Of a stretch of DNA of 20,000 nucleotides, positions 1 through 11,695 are shown one piece after another. Made by a program: the position numbers and the translations under genes. The notes beneath the pieces are model-generated. The model did not search any database. It was not told the DNA's origin and saw only the letters and a program-made list of their open reading frames with translations. Origin of the DNA: Chromera velia (lineage: Eukaryota). Each line of letters starts with the position of its first letter. Position 1 is the first letter of the stretch. Location of the stretch: assembly GCA_018398765.1 (NCBI GenBank), contig JAHBMJ010000432.1:108979-128978 (forward strand). Reading direction: 5' to 3'.

Positions 1-180
1 AGAAAAAGAACTGTAGAACAGATTTTTTATATCATTTCTAGAAACATAGGTTGTCATACAAATTTTTTAATTTTGAGGCCATTTTTTAACGGTTTTAAAT
101 AGTAAGAAAAACGGTATAAAACTTACAAAATTTATATGGCAGCCTATAATAAAAAAAATCTGTTTCACAGTTCTTTTTCT
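1..180. repeat. Imperfect inverted repeat (foldback/MITE-like centre), probably extending upstream of the window
   Basis: 1-28 AGAAAAAGAACTGTAGAACAGATTTTTT pairs with 153-180 (revcomp AGAAAAAGAACTGTGAAACAGATTTTTT). 46-74 ATAGGTTGTCATACAAATTTTTTAATTTT pairs with about 118-147 (revcomp ATAGGCTGCCATATAAATTTTGTAAGTTTT). Pairing runs right up to base 1. Confidence 0.75.
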
Positions 181-581
181 ATCGTTATACAACGTCTTTT
201 TACACAAAGTTTCAGCTTCTAACTCCTTACCAATTATGAGAACGAGTTTTTTGTAGAAAAGCGCTGGTCTCCTATGCAGAGGGGGGGGCAAAAAGCACCC
301 CACTCGCCCCCGGCATGCGGCATGGTCCCGAAAAGCATACTTCGTACGCGTTGCCGTAGCCCCCGCCCTATGCATGCATGCATCTGCATAAGACATGCCC
401 AAGCCCCCGATGGTGTGCATCAATCTTTCTTGAGGACGCCCTAAAGGGCCCCCCGAGGCACTTACCCAACTGGTTGGATATATCTCGTATGTAAACATAA
501 ACAAATCCTTAATTCCTTCAAGTTATCCGTATCGCTTACACCAGTTTAGAAACGTAAAATGATGGCCAACTTTTTATACTT

Positions 582-1405
582 TAGGGCTTGGAAAAGGTGT
601 ATCACAGAAAAGGTGTAAACCGAGGAGTCGCACCAGATGCACTTGTTTTATACCAGATGCACCTGATGCACCTGTTTTGCACCTTATGAGAAGAGTTGGC
701 TCCAAAGTCCAAGTCTTTAGGTAAAAAATGGGTGTGTGTGAGGCCGCAGACCACCCCCACGGCCCCGTTCCACAGCGTGGCAGGCCGTGTGCGAGGGACA
801 TGTCGGTCGGAGTGACGCTAAACATGCCACATACCGATACACGTACATATGATCAAGTAAGTCGCCAAAAAGCTCATAACGAAACGGTTTGACCGTCGAA
901 GACTCATGGACAAGGGTGATTCAAGCCAACCTCAACATATAAAAGAAGCTTCTTCCAGGGGTCTGACTCACTCAGAGACTTTTTTGGAGTGAGAGCTGTC
1001 TGTGTTAAAGTTTTTTTTGAACCACAAGTAACTGTTGAAGCCTTCCGTTGAATTCAGTTTGATTTGAAGTCAGCAGCGAAAGGTCTACCACAGACATGGG
1101 AGTCTTTCGACTCCTAAATTTGCACAACCGTACTCTGCCGCTGCTGGCACCTACTGCACCAGTTCCGTTTCTCTATAATCACTTTTAGCCTCGCCAACAA
1201 GAAAATGTTTTCACTAGACCTCTTTGCTTTTAGGCCTTGAATGAGGCGCCTTTTGACCGCTAGAAACACTAGAAATTAGCTTTAGAAACCTAGTTTTTAT
1301 AGAGTAAACGGTGCACCTTATTTTGCACCTGTTTTGCACCTGATTTAAGGTGCAAACCTGTTTTTGCACCAGCACCAGCACCTTATGCACCTTTTCTCAG
1401 CCTTA
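582..1405. mobile_element. Non-autonomous hAT-superfamily DNA transposon (824 bp)
   Basis: Imperfect TIRs: TAGGGCTTGGAAAAGGTG (582-599) versus the revcomp of the right end, TAAGGCTGAGAAAAGGTG (ends 1405). Exact 8-bp TSD TTATACTT at 574-581 and 1406-1413. Clustered subterminal TGCACC motifs at about 630-685 and 1310-1392. No transposase ORF. An 8-bp TSD with (T/C)AG(G/T)G-type ends is typical of hAT. Confidence 0.88.
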
Positions 1406-1513
1406 TTATACTTCGAGTAACTTGGAGCTAGACTTGGAGTCGGACCGTAACTGTCTTAGACTATGACCTATAGCGGTTAAACCTACTCCCACTTTAAGAC
1501 TACAAATTAATAG

Positions 1514-1606
1514 AGCTTAAATCGAATTAACTTAAAAATTTTAAATTAATACAGCTTATATAAATTCAACTTAAAAACTTTAAATGAATGGAGCTTAAAT
1601 TTAACT
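1514..1606. repeat. Degenerate AT-rich 39-bp tandem repeat (about 2.4 copies)
   Basis: Units start AGCTTA at 1514, 1553 and 1592. The first two share AACTTAAAAAnTTTAAATnAAT. Confidence 0.65.
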
Positions 1607-1853
1607 GTAACATCAATTATTCCTGCATGCACTCCTCCACTTATTCACTTACTCACTCGCCTAGGCCTGAGGCCCTCAAATGGTCCTGAGTCCTACAGCG
1701 AGCGCCCTGATGAAAGCAGAACATCAGAGCCAAAGTGTTTCCCTCTCTGATTTTTTCTTTCTTTATTCACACGCACATATGGCATTATACAGGGAGATGC
1801 ATGTGGAGGCGTTGAGCAATCGCCACGCAGGCACAAGCGGACATGCGACAACT

Positions 1854-1879
1854 CACACACACACACACACACACACACA
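1854..1879. repeat. (CA)n microsatellite
   Basis: Perfect CA run read directly. Confidence 0.95.
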
Positions 1880-2947
1880 TACGAACGATCCTCGCATTCG
1901 AAATGCAGCATAGGATCCTTCCGGGAACAAGATCCGCGTGTGGAAGGAAGCGCTGAGCACCATGCAGCACAAACGTGCACGCAACAGCTGACACGCGCTC
2001 ACAAGCCTCGCATTTGACAAGCACAGCAGCCTCGCAGATCCGCGCGCAAAAAGAAGCGCTGACCGATCGCAATGCAAGTGCATGCATGACCCAAAGCAGA
2101 CTGCAAGAAGGCCTATTCTCTCCCGGTGCCTTGAGAGGACACACGACCATCGATTGAGTAGTATTAATACATGGAACGAGCGACGCTGAGATGCGAGCGC
2201 AAATTCATTTCCTGGTGCAAGTCTAGGGGACACGTGCAAACATAGAGAGAAGGGAGACAGGAAGCAGACGGCAAAGATCAACGACAGAAAGAAAGGCAGC
2301 AGAGCAGAGAGGTTCAGTATTTGACCCTCACTGTTGATTCTTCCATCCCGCCACTCTCTTTGGACCCTCCCTCGTTTTCATCTTCGCAAATTCAAAAAAC
2401 GAATCATTCAAACAAGCCTCGATCTATTCTATGTCCTTCCCATTCGCAGCCATTCACGCCCACTTTTCGTCAAACTCATCTCTCCTCCTCTCATTGCTCC
2501 GTCCCTCCCTTCCTCCTTCGATTCACGACCAGCCCCGACCGCCTTTTCTTCTGCGTCCCTCTCCCCCCACCCTCTCCCTCTCGAGGGGTAACTTGTCGGG
2601 GGGCAGAATTAACGCAGCATCAATCCTGCCATTCTTACACAGGCGCACGAACAAAGTCGACCTCTGACAAAGCCTCAAGGCAAGACGGCATCAATCTGAT
2701 CACGTCTTTTCTTTCCGGCTGTCTCCCTCGTCACTGCATGCAGCGCCAGTCTGTCAGTTTCATTCATTCATTCATTCAACCCCTCGCTCCTCGAGAAAGC
2801 GATGAACGTCTTTCAGAGACTGTATGATCGCACATGCACTCGGTCTGAACCGAAAAAAGAAAGGAAAAGTCAGAAGGTCAAGGAGAATGAAGAAAGAGAA
2901 CGAGAAGGTGCGGAAGGAGTCAAGAGAAGGACGAATGGATTGACAAC

Positions 2948-4039
2948 TCAGCAAATGAGTTGCTTCAGAGAAACCACCCCATATCGTTGAGGAGTGAAGC
3001 ACTCTTCCTTGTGCCGACCCTCCAGTTTCCCCCCCACCAGATACTCCTTCCCCATCTTCTCCTGTGCCCAAACGATCAGTCGATCGATCCACGGAGTCTC
3101 CACTTCCACGAACTCAGCCACAGCCTTCAGAGTGCACAGACCCCCAGGGATGTCCTCAACGAAGTACCGCCCTGCAAGAGCATTAATTAAGTAAACCACA
3201 CAGAGATACCGCGCATGCGTTCTGGGTCTAGGCTGAACCTTTTTGAGATCAACATAAGAAAAGAACGGAAATCGGACATAAAAGGAAAGAAAGGTACTAT
3301 TGGTCACCTGTTGTCAGACAGAAAGACAAAAAATATTCAGCAACCCCACCCAAACGGACCGAAGGACGGACCTGTGTAGTCCACAACCAGCCCACCGCCC
3401 CCCCCGGGTGCCTCCACCATGGGCGTGCGGATACCCATGAAGCCCCCGTTTGTGGCGATGCAGGACTTCAAACTCGAAGTGTCAGCAATCTGCAACAGCC
3501 AGGGTGTGCGTCCCGCAAAGTATGCATGCAGGCCAGAGAGACATGAATGGACTGTCAAGATTTCATCATCGTGCATGCAGTCAGTGCACAACAAGACGAA
3601 AGACACAGAAAGAAAAAACAAACGAAGAGCCACCGGACGGGTACAGCCCATCAGAACACATATATTTGTACATTGTCATCTTTTACGGTTGCGTCATCTA
3701 AATTTCTGTGCCCACCTCTTTGCCTCCTTTGCTGATTGAATCACTCTTTTTTCAGATCGAGAGGCTGTCTGTGTGTCTGACCATCGATAATGACAGGAAG
3801 TATTCACATACTGACTGACTGACCTTCCCTTTGTACCCCTCCTGCAGGCCCTGACGGAGGGGGATCACCTCAATGCGCCTGCCCGCAGCGATGGACAGCC
3901 CGCACGCGATTTTCTGGATTTCGGAGTCGACGCCTGCATGCATGAACGCACTCACTCCCATTAATTCACTCACACTCATGCAGATTTTACGACAGCTCAT
4001 GAATGCACGTCTCTCTGCTATACACATATGCACACAGTA

Positions 4040-4075
<36 letters not shown>

Positions 4076-5160
4076 GCACACACAGCCCAGATTTGGGGTT
4101 CGCTTCTACGAGGCCGCGTCGATTTCTTTCGTGACGACGTCCTCCGCAAAATCGGAAGGAAGAAAAACCCGTGCACAGAGTGTCTCTGTGGAGGCTTTGA
4201 ACCCTTCTCCTTCAACGCTTTGTTTGCACGTATGTATCTTCCCTCCGTGTGCAGGAAAACCGACACACGCCTCTAGCTGTCTTGTCTCACAGTCAGAAAA
4301 CGAGATGTCACCCAGGAGCAGTTCGGCATGCGCATTCCTTCTTAATTTTTTCCACCAACATTTCATTCAGTGACCTCACTGAATAAACTACCGGACGGAC
4401 CTCCCATGGCCTCTGCAGAGAGGGTGTCGATGGTCTCGTAGAACAGAGGGCTCTCAGAGAAGATCCCCCCCCTCCCCTGCCTCTCATTTTCCATCACCAG
4501 GCCGTACATGCGGGATGGGTGGATGCACTGGTTGGCGGGGTGCAGCGTCACAGAGAGGAAGCTGTCGAAGGGAGAGAAGGAGAGTCTCCTCAGACAACGG
4601 GAGAGACGCCGAATGACCTCCAAAGCTTTGTCTGCCGGTACAGCCGCGAGTCCTGTTTTCTTTTCGGCAAAAAGCTTCACTCTCCTACCCCAGTCAGTGG
4701 CTCTGCAGTTGTAGGGCAGCATGTTGGTCCCAAACACAATCACATCTTTCCTCCCGTGTCTCTGTCGAAGAACCATGTCTGCCTTCCACTGAAAGCCTCC
4801 CTGTCCAGGCAACGCACCAACGAGAGCGCCTCTCTCAAGGAACGGCGCGATGGCGTCGAGAACAGTTTCATGTGCAAACGAAGGCAAGGGAATGAGCACT
4901 ATCTGACTGCCTGGAATGACATCCTCGGGGAGAGCTGAGATCTTCCGAGCTTTTCCTACCGTTGTGGTGCCATCGGGGTTGTCTACTGCGATTCCTCTCT
5001 CGGCGCTTGCGTCTCTCAGTCGTTCCGCTTCATCTTCAAACGGCGAGAAGACGTTCACTTCAACTTCTGGGGTGGAGCCCAACTGCGCGATGAGGACCTG
5101 CGAGGAGTTACCGGCACCACAGACAGTCACAGTTGTTACCTTACTGACGAGACGGCTCAT
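2948..5160 (-). CDS. Opine dehydrogenase (NAD-dependent octopine/tauropine/alanopine dehydrogenase family), 4 exons, 403 aa
   Basis: Exons 5160-4401, 3933-3824, 3489-3372 and 3171-2948. All introns are GT..CAG with phases 1, 0, 1 consistent; total 1212 nt. N-terminal Rossmann motif TVCGAGN; family motifs LPSFAH, LPGQGG, LPYNCR, NQCIHP (catalytic His), PLFYE and RYFVEDIPGGL (catalytic Arg/Asp); C-terminal TPWID..I.WAQ..MGKEYL..TPQRYG resembling invertebrate opine dehydrogenases. Confidence 0.93.
4043..4072. repeat. (CT)n microsatellite in opine dehydrogenase intron 1
   Basis: CT run read directly. Confidence 0.95.
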
Positions 5161-6944
5161 GTTCCTAACTGGAGCGTTGAACTGATGAGGGGTACGTGAT
5201 CTTTCAACCAGGCAAGATCAAAAACACACTTCAGTCTGTATGCGCGCTCTGGAAAGTGTCTCTTTGACTCAGCAATCAGGGTCATGCAGGTTATTGTTTG
5301 GGGATGTTTGGGGTACATTGCACGATTTGTGATTGAATTTGTGTCTCTGTCTGGCACACTCTGACGCGATTGAAATGTGTGGCGGAGACATGGGTAGACG
5401 GAGACGACGGACACAAACGGAAATGACGCGTCGACGCGCGGGCATACTCCGGGCAGCAGGTAGGTACGGGCAGACGGCTACTCCATGCATGTTTGCGCGC
5501 GCGCGACGTCCGTCCGCCGTCGATCGCATTGGTCTGGTATGAGGCCGTCTTTGACACAGTGACAGGCTCCAAGCCACCTAGTACCAGTCACTATACCACA
5601 GCTCAGAAAACAAAAAAACACACAAGACAATACAACGATGAAACTCAAAAAATAGCTAAAAAATAGCTTAAAACTCATTTTTTCTAGTTTCGCTGGGAAA
5701 TTCTTTCGATCCTGTTAAAAGCTATAAAACCAACATTTTTTTTAAAATAATGTTATGTAACTCAATTACGTTAAATTAAGTTCAACTTGACTTTCAATAA
5801 CTTTTGAATCCAAAATTTCGAAAGTGTAATAAATTTAAGTTATCGTAAATTTTGCAAATGAATTCAAATAAGTATGTTATCGTAAATTAAATCATTACCA
5901 AATTGATTATAAAGCTTACTTTGGTGAATAAGTTAGGTTAAAGCCGGTGAGCCACCTCTTAAACTCTGGCCAACCCGGCATGTCATGCAAAAATTCGTTA
6001 TGCAACCTAGGTTCCATGGGGCATTTGAAGGCTTGCAAGACTAGGCAGCCCCTTCGCTTTAGTCTTAAGCATACACGCCGGACAGAGGTAATATCATTTT
6101 ACAAATTGTAGAAAGTGATACCATCAATAATATTTTATGACAACCACACAAACTTAAACAACAACATAAACGAAAACTATATTATACCTAAACTTATACA
6201 GGTCTTTTAATACAACTCTGCAAGTCCTTCATGCCTGCACTTACAGATTTTTTTTTATGTCGTTCAGGAAGAGAAGAAAGCCAATTTGTCTCTAGATTAG
6301 TCTTAAACAAAGGCTTTCGTTTCCCTCGTTTGCCTCAAGTTCTTCATTGCCGCGTTTCTTCCTTGAATCGCCTTTTCCTAGCTTACACGCTGCATGTCCT
6401 GTCGGGACCCTCGCTCCCTTCTTTCGAGACACACGAGGACATCGATCGAAGACTACTTCGCGGACAGGCAGCAAGAAGGAAACCTAGAAAGATTACCTTC
6501 TCTTTAAGTGAATTCTCATCCACTTACTCGTTAGGGCACACGCCCTATGAACGAGTCCATGCATATGAAAGTTAACAAACTGCCAGCTGAATGCGGTAAG
6601 GCTGACAGAAGAAAAAGGGCAGCAGGAGCATTAGTCTGAAAGAGAAAAATCTGTCTACAAAGGAATTTTTTTATCGGAATCGAATTAGAAAGACCAAACC
6701 CCCATTGACGTATAGTGACAAAAAAACCAAAGTCACGCGAGCTGCTGAGGGGGAAACACGCACTCGTTGGAATGACATGACCAACAAGAGAGAAAGGTAT
6801 CCAGTGAGATATTCCTTTTCCCATTTCCCTTTTGCTTCTTTGTCTCCCAGCTTCTTCTTAACTTCTTTCGGGGAGTTGCCCTTAGGCCTCCTTCCCCTCT
6901 ACTTTTCTTTCTTGCAATTGCATAGATGCAAATTTGCATCCGTA

Positions 6945-9900
6945 TCAGGCTACCTCTTCATGCCCACTCCCGATAAGCGCTGGATTGTTGGGGGGTGAGC
7001 TAGGACTTGATTCGTCCTCCCCAGGTCCGCCTTCCTCTCTCTGCCTCCTGTCTCTGTCTCTGTCAGAAGACGAAAGGCTCTGAGGAAGAGGCACAACCGG
7101 AAGCTCTACAATCTTAGCGGAGCCAGACAGACCTGGAGCCTGTGGGCCTGCGGAGGCATCAAGAGAAGATCGGCCTATCACCTGAGAGTCCCCCCCCCCT
7201 TCTAGGTCCCCCATAGTGGAACTCCTCCTTCTCTGAAGCTTCGCGCCTTCGTCATCTTCCGAAGCGCCGTCTTCCACTCCTGTTTCTCCTTCTGCTGAGT
7301 GAAGGGCCATCAGCCGTTTGTAATACCCTTTCGAGAACTGCAGCACAATCAGGCCGATGACAGGAAAAACGGCAGCGATCACGTAGATGAGCCAGATGTT
7401 CACCGTTCTGTAGTTCCAAGTGGCCTTCCCTGCCGGATCGCTCAGAGGCGTCTCACAGTCCTTGTCGTGTCTGGCTTTGCACCCGTTCTCGTCGACCTGC
7501 ATAGAGAGAGGGAGAGAGGGAGAGAGAGAGGGAGAGATGCAGGCTGATTCGATTCCTCAATATATCAACCAAAGCCCGCTCAGTGGGAAAAGGCATCGCG
7601 TCCCTCTTGACTCTCAGACCAAAAATGTGCATCAAGAAAGAAAAAAAAGAGATCGTGTTGCTCGCTATCGCCCGCAAAAAGAAAAAAAGGTGGAGACGCA
7701 TCCCAACAATCCACTCAATGCGCGAACGAACGGAAGGCAGCCGACACCGGCAGGCAGGCAGGCAGGCAGGCAGGCAGACAGGCAGACAGGCAGACAGACA
7801 GACAGACCTGGAGCGACTGGGTAAAGTACGAAAGGGCAGACGAGACGAAGTTCGGCACCATGCCGTTGGTGATACCGTGCAGCCCGATAGCGATTGCCTT
7901 CGTGCTTGGAGGTGCGAGGCTGCAAGCAGAGAGAATCACAAGGGGTGGAGGGAGGGAGGGAGGCGACCGCAAGGGTGCATGCAGGCGGGCAGGGGGGAAG
8001 AGCAGCGAAACAAGCAGCTGGTAGACAGGCAGCCACACACACAGACAGACAGACTATGCGGCTCCTGTTTTTCTTCTTCTTCTACTTCTTCTTCCTTTTC
8101 CAGACAGACAAAGAAAGACATGAACGATCGAATCCAACGGGGCGACTGCCTGCCTGCATGCGTATCCCTGAACATGCACCGATTTGACATGTGCGCCTTG
8201 TGCATGCCTCCAAGCAAAGGACAGAGACACACACACACACGCACGCAAGCAAGCAAAAACAGCAGCCGACCGATAGGCCAAATCCAAAGCAGCCGGGGAG
8301 GCCCAGACTTCACCCAGAGCGATGATGGCGTAAACAGGACTCAGCAGAAGAATGGACGGACAAGAGGCACGGTCAGGGCTCCAGCTGCACGCACGCAGGG
8401 GATCGACGCGCGTGTGGAATGAATGTGGTTGGAAGGAGTTGAGTAGCACTGAGCGGTCGTGTGGAGTGTGGTTGGAATGGAGTGGCACTAAGCGGTCGAA
8501 ACACTGGGAGATGCCAGCATATGGAAGAGGGAGAAAACCAAAACAGACAAAAAAAAGGGGGTCAAGAGAGAGAACGAGAGAGAGTTTTAGCGTCTTTTGG
8601 ACTACTTCTCCCGGCTCATGATTCCTTACACTGCTCAGAGATAGGAATAATACATGACTTCGAGTCAGCATCTCTACCCCTCTCTTACGGGACTGCAGGC
8701 CTGCCTGCCGACATGCTCGATCCACTCACCTGCTTCTCAACAATAGATCGATGCCAGCAGCATAGACGAGTGCCACGATTGCGCAGCAGCAGGCAATCAT
8801 GAACTTGTTGATGTGGTTGATCACAATCCTGTACCAGGAAGGAAGGAGGGGAGAAAAGGCAAATCAGTGCCTGTTGTCCTCTCTCATGGAAGGGCAAAGC
8901 CTCTCAGAACTAGTTCAGGGCAAGGTTTCTTCCCTTCTGTCGAACAAACTCTCGTTCACTCCTTTTGTCTTTGCTCTCAAAGATACTACACCTGCCTGCC
9001 CGCCAATCTCTCTGGACGTCTTTCTGTTGTACAGTGTCTGTGTCCGTTTGACTATGGACACACTGTTTTGTCTCAGATCTCTATCTTCGCCTCGGCGCAG
9101 TTCGCACTTCCCTACAATCAAGCTTTGATCCCTGCTCCCACTTCTCCCTCCCTCCCTCCCTGACTGACCCCTTTCGATCGAGGTACGGCAGCAGAAGCCG
9201 TTCAACGATAAAGGCAAAGAACACGACTGCCAGCTGCAATCCAGCAATCCAGTCGAGGGCTCATGCTTGCGCGCGCGCTCCCTCTCTCACGCGCACGCAT
9301 ACACACAAATGAGAGAGATGCAAAACAAAAAGGAAGCAAAAAAGGCAAAAAGGAGTGCGGAACGGACGGAGAAAGGAGGAATGACAGAAGTGACCGACAG
9401 GGACACAGAGCCTTCCGCTCATGATTCAGAACGAGCCCCCTTTCGAACAGGAAAGAGAAAACTGTGGAGAGGACAAAACATGAAGAAAGAGCAAGAATGA
9501 ATGAAGAATCGGCCAGGGACGAAGGCATCCATTCTGCATAGGCGCTCTCTCTGTGAGGCGAGTCGGAAAAGGAGAAGGGAAGAGAAGAACAGAAACTCAC
9601 AAAAGTGAAGAGAGTTTTTGCGTCTAATGATCGGCTCCAAGACTGCCACTAACACGCTTGGAAGTGAGAGCGGCAATGACTGCGACATACATAGAGCCTA
9701 GCGGATTGCTTTGAGTGGCAGGAGGAGGACAATGGCACGGGCAGGCAGGCAGCTTTCTGTTCGTGTCTGAGAGAGATGGACCGGAGAATGTGGCCCAGAA
9801 AAAAAAAAAAAGAGAGAGAGGAAGAGGGTGTCTACTCTACCAACCAACCGGATTGATGAAGGAATTGAGGACGTTGCTGTCGAACAGCCCCCCAGGGCCC

Positions 9901-10487
9901 TCAGGCCTCATTTCGTAGCCCTGGAAGAGGACATAGGTGTCCATCTGCATGCATGCAACCACACCATGCAGCACATAACACAAACAGTCAGTCAGACACG
10001 CAAGCAGAGAGAAAGGTAGGTAGATGTGATTGGGGAGGTAGAAACACAAACACATAAGGAGAACACCGGTGCCTTCCTGAGTGAGATGCTTTTCTATCTG
10101 CAGCTCCTTGTCTCGGGCTCCTTACAAAAACGCGTGCAAACAACACGAGCACGTTCCTTCACACATACAAATGTACAGAGTGATCCACCCAGATAGACAC
10201 ACAGAAGCAATACCGAGAAAGAAGAAGAGAAAAAGCCATGCACCCACCTGCCAGTAGGACATGGAGAAGAAGAATGTTCCAATGAAGATGAGAGGTACCA
10301 GGTTGAGGACTCTCCTCGTGTCGTCTACTGCAGCCTCTGGGAATTTGCCCCCCATGCCTCTCTTCTGAGCCTCTAGGTTGGGGGGGCAAGTGGAGACGCT
10401 TCCCCAGACAACCTTCAAGAGCTGGACGAGGGAACTCCCGAGAGGCTTTCTTTTCACATACCTGCATGCATCATCATCATCAAGCGT

Positions 10488-10519
<32 letters not shown>

Positions 10520-11648
10520 GGGGAATGGAATGAGACCGAGAGACAGAGAGAAGGAGTGCGAATGACCAAAGGCTGAATGAAGTGAAAGAACTAGATGAAA
10601 AATGAGAGAACGGAGGGAGCTGATCGAAGCAAGTATACATTCAAGGGACCAGAGGGGGAGAGAAGAAGGAGAACGAACAGTAAGTAGATCAAGTGATACA
10701 ATTCAACGCACCGGACGAAGAACAATTTCGGTCAGAACAGTGGCAAGAGGCGAAGCTGGGAAGTACTCAAATCACTTCAGTTGAAAGACTGAGAACGCAG
10801 AATAAGAGGGCGAGAAGGCCTTGCAAGAGAATCCGATAAACACACACAGTCTAGAGACCAATTAAACAAAGAAAAAAACACCCCATGCACAAACAAAAGA
10901 CCGACTGACCTCCAGGACCCCACGAGGAAGGCGACGAAACCAAACGCAAAAGCAACAGTGGGGATCGAGAACGGCTTCCACATCTCGTTTCCCACCTGCA
11001 TTCATGCGCCCATTCATTCATTCATTCATTCATTCATTCATTCATTCATCTATTCCGCCATTCCTTTGTTCATTGCCTCACTCACACGCTCGCTCATCCG
11101 ATCACCAATTCGTTCACTCATTTATTGATTCAATTCATTCATTCATTGATTCATCTATTCCGCAATTCCTTTGTTCATTGCCTCACACGCTCGCTCATCC
11201 GATCACCAATTCGTTCACTCATTTATTGATTCAATTCATTCACACATAATTTTCAGTCAGTCACGCAAGCACCCACTCGTGTCCCGCGCGTTTTGAACGG
11301 GACAGATCGAGAAATTCCTCTTCCTTCCTCACCTACACTCTCCAGGCTCTACCTTTCCTGACACTACGAGTGCCCCTCTGTTGTGGCTTTCTAAGTGTCT
11401 CGGTGTCTCAGTGTCTTCGTGCCGGTCTGTCTTTCTTGATTTGTCTGTGTCTTTTTCTGACTGTCTCTCTCTGTCCGTCTGTCTGTCTGTCCGTCCGTCC
11501 GTCCGTCCGTCCGTCCGTCCGTCTGTCTGTCTGTCTGTCTGTCTGTCTGTGTCTGTCTGTCTGTCTGTCTGTCTATCTCCCTCTGTCTGTCTGTCTCCCT
11601 CTGTCTGTCTGTCTCCCTCTCTGTCTCCCTCTCTGTCTCCCTCTCCCT

Positions 11649-11695
<47 letters not shown>

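Noticed and set aside
5600..6230. AT-rich island with short repeats (AAAAAATAGCT, GTTATCGTAAATT) as a Helitron or MITE
   Set aside because: No convincing TIR/TSD or 3' hairpin-CTAG terminus could be defined. It may be decayed transposon sequence, but that is unsupported.
7583..8422. 279-aa plus-strand ORF and the other long ORFs across 11329-11768 and 1680-2827
   Set aside because: These are antisense to POT exons/introns or generated by stop-free microsatellites. No protein-family motifs.
9601..9679. Exon-like segment in POT intron 4 (CGCAG|SLPLSLPSVLVAVLEPIIRRKNSLHF|GTGAGT), a possible mutually exclusive exon
   Set aside because: It ends in phase 1, incompatible with both the next exon (9233, phase 0) and the one after (8828, phase 2). 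Exon 9233-9169 supplies the canonical POT helix in the correct phase.
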